Positions 23,601 to 29,172 of a DNA stretch of 29,172 bases are shown here, in pieces. Made by a program: the position numbers and the translations under genes. The notes beneath the pieces were generated by a model. The model worked only from the letters and a program-made list of their open reading frames with translations, made no database searches and was not told the DNA's origin. Location of the stretch: positions 1 through 29,172 of the forward strand of contig JAQGDQ010001692.1 of NCBI GenBank assembly GCA_030141605.1, written 5' to 3'. Source of the DNA: Tubiluchus corallicola (Eukaryota > Animalia > Priapulida). Position 1 is the stretch's first letter. Every line of letters starts with the position of its first letter.

Positions 23601-26384
23601 CAGTCACAAACAACACTGTTTACAGTCACAAACAGCACTGTTTACAGTCACAAATAACATTGTTTACTGTCACAAACAACATTGTTTACTCTCACAAACA
23701 ACACTGTTTACAATCACAAATAACATTGTTTACCGTCACAAACAGCACTGTTTACAGTCACAAACAACATTGTTTACAGTCACAAACAGCATTGTTTACT
23801 CTCACAAACAGCATTGTTTACTCTCACAAACAGCATTGTTTACAGTCACAAACAGCACTGTTTACAGTCACAAACAACACTGTTTACTGTCACAAACAAC
23901 ACTGTTTACTGTCACAAACAACACTGTTTACAGTCACAAACAGCACTGTTTACAGTCACAAACAACATTGTTTACAGTCACAAACAGCATTGTTTACTCT
24001 CACAAACAACACTGTTTACTGTCACAAACAACACTGTTTACTGTCACAAACAACATTGTTTACTGTCACAAACAACATTGTTTACTGTCACAAACAGCAC
24101 TGTTTACAGTCACAAACAGCACTGTTTACAGTCACAAACAGCACTGTTTACTGTCACAAACAACACTGTTTACAGTCACAAACAACATTGTTTACAGTCA
24201 CAAACAACATTGTTTACTGTCACAAACAGCACTGTTTACAGTCACAAACAGCACTGTTTACAGTCACAAACAACACTGTTTACAGTCACAAACAGCACTG
24301 TTTACAGTCACAAATAACATTGTTTACTGTCACAAACAACATTGTTTACTCTCACAAACAACACTGTTTACAATCACAAATAACATTGTTTACCGTCACA
24401 AACAGCACTGTTTACAGTCACAAACAACATTGTTTACAGTCACAAACAGCATTGTTTACTCTCACAAACAGCATTGTTTACTCTCACAAACAGCATTGTT
24501 TACAGTCACAAACAGCACTGTTTACAGTCACAAACAACACTGTTTACTGTCACAAACAACACTGTTTACTGTCACAAACAACACTGTTTACAGTCACAAA
24601 CAGCACTGTTTACAGTCACAAACAACATTGTTTACAGTCACAAACAGCATTGTTTACTCTCACAAACAACACTGTTTACTGTCACAAACAACACTGTTTA
24701 CTGTCACAAACAACATTGTTTACTGTCACAAACAACATTGTTTACTGTCACAAACAGCACTGTTTACAGTCACAAACAGCACTGTTTACAGTCACAAACA
24801 ACACTGTTTACAGTCACAAACAACACTGTTTACTGTCACAAACAACATTGTTTACTGTCACAAACAGCATTGTTTACATTCGCAAACAGCATTGTTTACT
24901 CTCACAAACAGCATTGTTTACTCTCACAAACAGCATTGTTTACTCTCCATTAATTTACCTTCTGTAGAGCTTCTTCAGTTAATTCCGGATAATTTTCCTC
25001 GACAATGGCGACAGTCTGTATGTTTGTCTGTATGCCCGCATCTTCACTAGTTACCAATTCCTAAACAAAAAACATTACTTATCAAGTTTTATTTAATTGT
25101 TGGCTAATTCAAGAAATAGCAGGTAATTTAGCACCGTCCACCAGTGCAGAATCGAACCCACAACTACCTGAATGGAAAGCGAGCACTCTATTCAAACAAA
25201 TCAGCGACGTCACTCGCCTCACAAACTTTCCTCTCATTACAAACCTGATCTGGGTGTAAATCTTCGGCTTCGGACGCCGGTCGAATCTGTATCTGTTCTT
25301 CCGGGACATCGTGCACGGCCGACAGGTGTTCCACTAAGAGCGGATACTCGTCATATACGAGGTAACAATAATTGCACTGAAACGCCTCGTGCTGCGGCAC
25401 CTCCTCCGGCACGGTCTCCTCCTTCATGTCCGGTTTTGCCAAAATCTGAAAAAGCAAACACGTCAGACCGTCGCTGGGCGAGAAAAGTGTCTGAGACGAA
25501 TTTAAGCAACACGTAGGCTGGTCAGCAAATGAATGGACGAACATAAAGAAATTGCTTGTGCAGGTTTCATCTGAGAAATGGACATGACAATCTCACAAAC
25601 TTTACTAGCTTCACTATAACTTTACTGGCTTCACTATAACTTTACTGGCTTCACTATAACTTTACTGGCTTCACTATAACCTTACTAGCTTCACTATAAC
25701 TTTACTGGCTTCACTATAACTTTACTGGCTTCACTATAACTTTACTGGTTTCACTATAACTTTACTGTCTTCACTATAACTTTACTGTCTTCAATATCTT
25801 TCCTGGCTTCTGACTTTTTTCACTGAACCTTACTGGTTTCTTTCTTTGTGGTTTCTTAACTTTACCTTATAAATTCTGCTTCACTATAACTTTACTGTCT
25901 TCACTATAATTTCACTGGCTTCACTGTAACTTTACTGGCTTCATTATTACTTTACTGGCTTCACTATAACTTTACTGATTTCACTGTAACTTTACTGTAC
26001 TCACTAGAACTTTATTGGTTTTTCTCTATAACTTTACTGGCCATGTTATGTGACCTTACAGCTGTTAGAGCAACTTTACAAATTTTACTAGAACTTCACC
26101 GCCTGCGAAACAGCTTCATTAAGACTTCATTGTGAATTTATTGGGTTTACCGTGATTTCACTCTCTACCCCTTGATGCTACACACTTTAATGTAAGTTTA
26201 CATGACTCATTTTTAAGTGTAAAACAATTGCGAACAAAACCTGATGAGATTCTCTGACGTGCTCGATGAAAACTTGCTGCTCGAACGTTCGATAGTCACA
26301 CACTCGACACTTGAACACCGTTTCCGTTTCCAAGAACTGAGCAACCGGATCATCGCATGGCACATTCGTCTCCATGTTAAGCAT
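5264..26384 (-). CDS. Multi-exon C2H2 zinc-finger / AT-hook protein gene (19 coding exons, ~1077 aa, 13 C2H2 fingers, 3 AT-hooks); whole-gene span
   Basis: Manual splice reconstruction. All 18 introns are GT..AG with matching phases, summed CDS is 3234 nt, and fingers split across exon junctions reassemble correctly. An in-frame TAA lies two codons upstream of the ATG at 26384. Confidence 0.9.
6273..6386 (-). CDS. Coding exon 18 (acidic tail)
   Basis: tctttcttcag|GAG ... CAA|gtaagt; 114 nt open; phase 0-0. Confidence 0.83.
6610..6895. repeat. Degenerate (CAA/CAG)n microsatellite in intron 17
   Basis: caacaacagcagcagcagcagcagcaacaacaa core with degenerate flanks. Confidence 0.9.
7083..7217 (-). 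CDS. Coding exon 17 (acidic tail)
   Basis: ttaaattag|GAT ... GAG|gtaggc; 135 nt open; phase 0-0. Confidence 0.8.
7330..7477 (-). CDS. Coding exon 16 (end of ZF12 HLLRKH, ZF13 CPFC...HLGRKH)
   Basis: gcttgtag|G ... GAG|gtacgc; 148 nt; phase 2-0. Confidence 0.9.
8341..8491 (-). CDS. Coding exon 15 (ZF11 CDVPGC...HKIRH, start of ZF12; TGEKP-like linkers KGVKP, SGVRP)
   Basis: tctatttag|GC ... TTCAG|gtatga; 151 nt; phase 1-2. Confidence 0.92.
8876..9311. mobile_element. MITE-like dispersed repeat, inverted homolog of 16113-16968
   Basis: Colinear reverse-complement similarity (tttagagtcaattatgc vs gcataattgactctaaa; cttagtatcggtaaat vs atttaccgatgctaag); ends ...ggacaccctg|ta. Confidence 0.65.
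9341..9477 (-). CDS. Coding exon 14 (end of ZF9 HLAIAH, ZF10 CGLC...HMNIH)
   Basis: tcttacag|A ... AAAG|gtacag; 137 nt; phase 2-1. Confidence 0.9.
10073..11263. repeat. 115/122-bp tandem array, 10 copies, spanning the exon 13 3' end and splice donor
   Basis: Donor-side exon ends at 10128, 10243, 10365, 10480, 10595, 10717, 10839, 10961, 11083 and 11205; a 7-bp indel separates the two unit types. Confidence 0.97.
11205..11363 (-). CDS. Coding exon 13 (end of ZF7, ZF8, first half of ZF9 CPVC)
   Basis: ccttgcag|G ... TGCAG|gtatta; 159 nt; phase 2-2. Confidence 0.9.
11537..11932. mobile_element. hAT-like MITE
   Basis: TAGGTATGAGCATT / TAGCAGTGAGCATT TIRs; 8-bp TSD gttcataa/gttcatgc; repeated TTCGAA subterminal motifs. 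Confidence 0.7.
12098..12252 (-). CDS. Coding exon 12 (ZF6 CIAC...HLWKQH; first half of ZF7)
   Basis: catttcag|TGT ... TTCGA|gtgagt; 155 nt; phase 0-2. Confidence 0.9.
12255..12372. repeat. Degenerate ~31-33-bp tandem repeat (~4 copies) at the exon 12 acceptor
   Basis: agccaatcacatttactga units; reverse complement of the 18088-18545 array. Confidence 0.7.
12536..12787. repeat. 25-bp minisatellite, ~10 copies
   Basis: Unit acaaacactaggtcattggtcattc. Confidence 0.93.
12791..13435. mobile_element. TA-flanked pogo/Tigger-like MITE
   Basis: ta|CAGTGTTCCCTCACTTATCACGG ... CCGCGAAGTAGCGAGGGAACACTG|ta. Confidence 0.8.
13846..13869. mobile_element. Solo right terminus of the same MITE family
   Basis: ccacgaagtagcgagggaacactg|ta matches 13412-13437. 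Confidence 0.65.
13985..14155 (-). CDS. Coding exon 11 (most of atypical ZF5: CSRRFC...HEK|CH)
   Basis: ttttgtatgtag|AAT ... AAG|gtaagc; 171 nt; phase 0-0. Confidence 0.85.
14656..14870 (-). CDS. Coding exon 10 (Asp/Glu-rich)
   Basis: ttctgtgcag|GT ... GCT|gtaagt; 215 nt; phase 1-0. Confidence 0.87.
15315..15364 (-). CDS. Coding exon 9 (50-nt small exon, VNEAYLTELLSNAQAL)
   Basis: ttatttag|C ... CTAG|gtaact; phase 2-1, which is exactly the correction needed between exons 8 and 10. Confidence 0.8.
15520..15795. repeat. Dispersed repeat, inverted homolog of ~20150-20440
   Basis: ttttggtgagtcaatgatgcacactgggatgg...ttttaccaaatggt vs accatttggtaaaa...ccatcccaatgtgcaccactgattcaccaaaa. Confidence 0.6.
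15789..15866. repeat. 33-bp tandem repeat, ~2.4 copies
   Basis: acggcctagtcc(g/a)tcctactggccaccgtccac. Confidence 0.8.
16113..16968. mobile_element. TA-flanked MITE (host) interrupted by a nested MITE
   Basis: TIR core TCTCGGTTTGCCG at both ends, TA flanks; halves homologous to 8876-9311. Confidence 0.7.
16357..16756. mobile_element. Young Tc2/pogo-like MITE, 400 bp
   Basis: Perfect 25-bp TIR CCGTATATACTCGCATATAAGCCGA, TA TSD, internal GGTCG(A/G)CTTATAT repeats. Confidence 0.9.
17139..17361 (-). CDS. Coding exon 8 (acidic/low-complexity linker)
   Basis: tttttttag|TG ... GACGG|gtgagt; 223 nt; phase 1-2. Confidence 0.85.
17476..17568 (-). other. tRNA-derived sequence (SINE head or tRNA pseudogene)
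   Basis: T-arm ACTGG-TTCAAAT-CCAGT containing B-box GGTTCAAATCC, weak A-box, downstream T11 run; no intact cloverleaf. Confidence 0.55.
17640..17705. repeat. 33-bp tandem duplication just inside the exon 7 donor
   Basis: cacatt(c/t)gtctctcaaagattacccatattg x2. Confidence 0.8.
17722..17925 (-). CDS. Coding exon 7 (two AT-hooks KRGRPRK, poly-Pro)
   Basis: ttttcgcag|TG ... CAAG|gtagtt; 204 nt; phase 1-1. Confidence 0.9.
18088..18545. repeat. 31-32-bp minisatellite, ~14 copies
   Basis: Unit aatgtttcagtgacagtaaatgtgattggct; 13 ATTGG cores. Confidence 0.93.
18557..18801 (-). CDS. Coding exon 6 (AT-hook RKSRGRPKGSRN; SRSGRVTKRP motif; acidic tract)
   Basis: ctaattgcag|T ... AAAG|gtttgc; 245 nt open; phase 2-1. 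Confidence 0.85.
19551..19666 (-). CDS. Coding exon 5 (ZF4: FMCNICFQTFSVRDEIAEHVQHEH)
   Basis: ttttatag|GAC ... TACAG|gtgcgt; 116 nt; phase 0-2. Confidence 0.88.
19746..19972. repeat. Direct duplication of an ~80-bp segment (period ~144 bp)
   Basis: aagtagc..cgagtttgactggcgaatggatgg.tgaccattgg...cggcttc.tttacagtac x2. Confidence 0.8.
20150..20440. repeat. Dispersed repeat, inverted homolog of ~15520-15795
   Basis: Reverse-complement similarity seen by eye; boundaries approximate. Confidence 0.6.
20730..20920. repeat. Dispersed repeat, inverted homolog of ~3890-4075
   Basis: atggccgcatgcgtgcaacagctaaacacacca vs tggtgtgtttggctgttgcgtgcatgcggccat. Confidence 0.65.
21041..21565 (+). mobile_element. 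hAT internal-deletion derivative
   Basis: TAGGGTTACCATATGTCCGG left end; ...gacaatatggtaa right end; TSD-like gtctaacg/ctctaatg; MLKRQRAFTDEMNAKY at 21477 resembles a hAT transposase N-terminus. Confidence 0.55.
21744..21872 (-). CDS. Coding exon 4 (ZF3: LACTKCYRTFRTQVDIRRHLDEDH)
   Basis: ctgtttcag|TTA ... ATG|gtaaat; 129 nt; phase 0-0. Confidence 0.88.
21925..24946. repeat. 22-bp minisatellite, ~137 copies, filling intron 3
   Basis: Unit tcacaaaca(g/a)ca(c/t)tgtttac(ag/tg/tc). Confidence 0.98.
24959..25060 (-). CDS. Coding exon 3 (acidic linker ELVTSEDAG...EEALQK)
   Basis: ttttgtttag|GAA ... AAG|gtaaat; 102 nt open; phase 0-0; not in the ORF track. Confidence 0.8.
25245..25445 (-). CDS. 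Coding exon 2 (ZF2: CNYC...HLSAVH)
   Basis: tttttcag|ATTTTG ... GATCAG|gtttgt; 201 nt; phase 0-0. Confidence 0.85.
25601..26040. repeat. 20-bp minisatellite (~10 clean copies plus degenerate tail) in intron 1
   Basis: Unit tttactggcttcactataac. Confidence 0.92.
26241..26384 (-). CDS. Coding exon 1 (ZF1: CRVC...HVRESH)
   Basis: Acceptor ctaatccattttccag| ahead of 26393; ATT TAA TCA ATG start; donor CAG|gttttg; phase 0. Confidence 0.88.
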
Positions 26385-26475
26385 TGATTAAATCTGGAAA
26401 ATGGATTAGAACGTCAAAAACTAATAGAATGATTTAAAACTTGTGCATACAAAACCCATTTGGGTGATTAAACAT

Positions 26476-27317
26476 ATGCCAGGCATACGCACATGTAGCC
26501 AGGCATATGCACATGAAGACAGGCATACGCACATGTAGCCAGGCATACGCACTGTAGTCAGGCGCACGCACGTGTAGGCAGGCATACGCACGTGTAGCCA
26601 GGCATACGCACATGTAGCCAGGCATACGCACATGAAGACAGGCATACGCACGTGTAGGCAGGCATACGCACTGTAGTCAGGCACACGCACGTGTAGGCAG
26701 GCACACGCACGTGTAGCCAGGCATACGCACGTGTAGCCAGGCATACGCACGTGCAGGCATACGCACGTGTAGGCAGGCATACGCACGTGTAGGCAGGCAT
26801 ACGCACGTGTAGCCAGGCATACGCACGTGTAGGCAGGCATACGCACGTGTAGCCAGGCATACGCACGTGTAGCCAGGCATACGCACGTGTAGCCAGGCAT
26901 ACGCACGTGTAGCCAGGCATACGCACGTGTAGGCAGGCATACGCACGTGTAGGCAGGCATACGCACGTGTAGGCAGGCATACGCACGTGTAGCCAGGCAT
27001 ACGCACGTGTAGCCAGGCATACGCACGTGTAGGCAGGCATACGCACGTGTAGCCAGGCATACGCACGTGTAGCCAGGCATACGCAAGTGTAGCCAGGCAT
27101 ACGCACGTGTAGGCAGGCATACGCACGTGTAGGCAGGCATACGCACGTGTAGGCAGGCATACGCACGTGTAGGCAGGCATACGCACATGTAGCCAGGCAT
27201 ACGCAAGTGTAGCCAGGCATATCGCACGTGTAGCCAGGCATACGCACGTGTAGCCAGGCATACGCAAGTGTAGCCAGGCATATCGCACGTGTAGCCAGGC
27301 ATATGCACATGTAGCCA
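26476..27317. repeat. 20-bp minisatellite, ~42 copies, upstream of coding exon 1
   Basis: Unit gcatacgcacgtgtag(c/g)cag. Confidence 0.97.
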
Positions 27318-27610
27318 CCCTTCCGATGCCGACCTTGACAAAACTGTTCAAGGTCACGAATAACAGATATTTAAAAATTTATATTGATATGAAAAAATTT
27401 CATAATGATGTAAGAAAAACAAGTCTTCTTTCTCCGAAACAAAAACTAATTAAGAAACCGGCCTGGGTTGAGGTCTTGCCTGTCATAGAAAAGATTTTGC
27501 AAATCAGTAATTTTCAGCTTCAATTGCTAAAATGTAGGGAATTTTTAATGAAATCTATAAAAACGACCAAGTTAATCGTTAAAAATTTGTTAAAACTACG
27601 TCATAATTAC

Positions 27611-27700
27611 CTGTGTTGAATTTTTTAAATTAAAAATAATTTTCACAGAAAACATCAGCATTTTTGGCGAGTCGTATTCTCCGCCTTATTTTCACTTTTC
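27611..27700 (-). other. Candidate 5'-UTR exon of the zinc-finger gene
   Basis: Strong donor CACAG|gtaatt upstream of the otherwise unpaired acceptor at 26394; 5' end is a guess. Confidence 0.3.
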
Positions 27701-28091
27701 AAATATATATTTATTAATTTCAATTTTGATTTGATAACATTTTTAATCTCCTACGTAAGACCCTGGTCTGGCTTCATTAGGGAAGCCAGGCTTCACTGTT
27801 CCGAGCAGTAATACATTCAAGACTAGTTCTTCTTATAACTTCATTTTTGTGATAGCTTTGTGATTGAGTTTTCTGATCTTAAAACAAATGATTTTAATTG
27901 CTCACCGTTATCATCTTATCCCAATAATTATTCATACGGATTAACATGTACACGAATTTTATAATACGCACATAAGAATATGTTAATGTTATTTTTTTAA
28001 TGATGAATTAATGACGACCTCTTTTACATGTTGACAAACCACCATAACTATTGCGTAAATGAACAATGTATAAGAGCAGTGTTTTTAGTAT

Positions 28092-28327
28092 TCTTAGTTA
28101 AGTTAAGTTAAGTTGATTTATTTCCACACTGTATCTAACAGTTATAATAAAAATACAGATAATTTCACTGAAGTAAATATAAATATAAATGCAATATTAT
28201 CCAGAAATTACAAAAGAGATTCTTATGCAGCATATACATGTACAAATTACACTACAGAGTAATTTTGATGCATACAGTTTGAGCCTAAAAGCATAGCTTG
28301 ACAGGCCAAATTGTACGTGGAAATCTT
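28092..28327 (-). mobile_element. ~230-bp dispersed repeat (SINE or LINE tail), inverted copy of 1007-1215
   Basis: Minus strand aagatttccacgtacaatttggcctgtcaagctatgc ... gtggaaataaatc(aactt)n. Confidence 0.65.
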
Positions 28328-29172
28328 TGGATTATTTTTGCAAATACAGTGGGCTCATTAACTGATTTAGTCATTTTTGAGTTGGCAGTTTGCATAAACA
28401 ATAAAACAACACGTTCTGGTTGAGCACGTTATGATGTTTACAATACTATGCTATTGAAATTGCTGTACTGCAATAGTTTTACTGCTGATAAATTATGCTG
28501 TGAAAAGATTTTTGTTGTCGCAATTTCAGTTATTAACGTATTCTTTGAAATATCCCAGATATTTTTGAAATAACTCGGAGGTTGCTGGCTAACTCAAATG
28601 TGTACATATCCTCAACATACTGTCTGAAATACGACAGAATATTTACTTAAGACTACAGTAGATCGACAGTGCAAATGCGATAAGTAGACTGTTTGCCTAT
28701 AGTTGTCTCTCTTTGGTAGATCTCTGTTAGTTGTTATATCACTTTTTCTCTCGCATTTTAATATAATTTTACAATTATGTTGTCTCTCAAATAGAAGTGA
28801 AACACTAAAAGCACTTACAATTACAACTAGCAGAAGTAGCGACAGCTGTAGCACCTATTAGATAGTGCTATACATGAATTTACACTTCTGCTTTAATGTC
28901 AAAATTCAAGATAAGTACATCAAACTTAAAACGTGCTACAGATTAATACTACATACAGAGTCGCAAAATAAATTTAGGCTTCACGATTTGTATGATTCTT
29001 AATCGTTTGCTTTTTGAGAAATGATCTTGTACCTATTTAGAGCGCAACTTCTTGGTAATTAATATAATTTTAACTAATAAACACCACTAAAAATTAATCA
29101 ACAATTATAATAATATTGTACACAATTTTCTGTAACATGCGGTGCCCCCTCTCTCGGCTAATTCCAAACTAA

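Noticed and set aside
21851-25050. Long plus-strand ORFs (up to 695 aa, HKQHCLQSQT repeats)
   Set aside because: They arise from a stop-poor 22-bp repeat that is open in all three frames and lies antisense inside intron 3.
25138-25195. tRNA-like segment with GGTTCGATTC on the minus strand (a similar weak one at ~5725-5790)
   Set aside because: Stems are broken and no cloverleaf forms; at most a decayed SINE head.
26421-27357. Minus-strand ORFs of 226-306 aa (YTCVCLATRAYAWLHVRMP repeats)
   Set aside because: They are translations of the 20-bp minisatellite in all three frames; an in-frame stop precedes the real ATG.
27326-27619. 97-aa Lys/Leu-rich plus-strand ORF and other short ORFs (797-1727, 3342-3697, 13180-13626, 16251-16797)
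   Set aside because: They are AT-rich or MITE-derived chance ORFs with no recognisable domain or splice support.

Overview
AT-rich eukaryotic (invertebrate-metazoan-like) genomic DNA. Most of the window is one minus-strand gene that I reconstructed by hand as 19 coding exons (26384 to 5264). All 18 introns are GT-AG with consistent phases, giving about 1077 aa: 13 C2H2 zinc fingers (4 dispersed N-terminal, then a cluster of 9), 3 AT-hooks and acidic regions. No ortholog name is assigned. The introns hold many non-autonomous DNA transposons (TA-flanked pogo/Tc-like MITEs, one nested; hAT-like MITEs), retroelement remnants and an unusual number of minisatellites (20, 20, 22, 25, 31-32 and 115/122 bp), most touching or overlapping splice sites. 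The standout is a 10-copy 115/122-bp array that multiplies the 3' end of exon 13 plus its donor into potential symmetric in-frame 57-nt cassette exons. Several minisatellites are also homotypic arrays of transcription-factor consensus motifs (FOX TGTTTAC, E-box CACGTG, CCAAT). The long ORFs at 21.8-25 kb and 26.4-27.4 kb are repeat artefacts.
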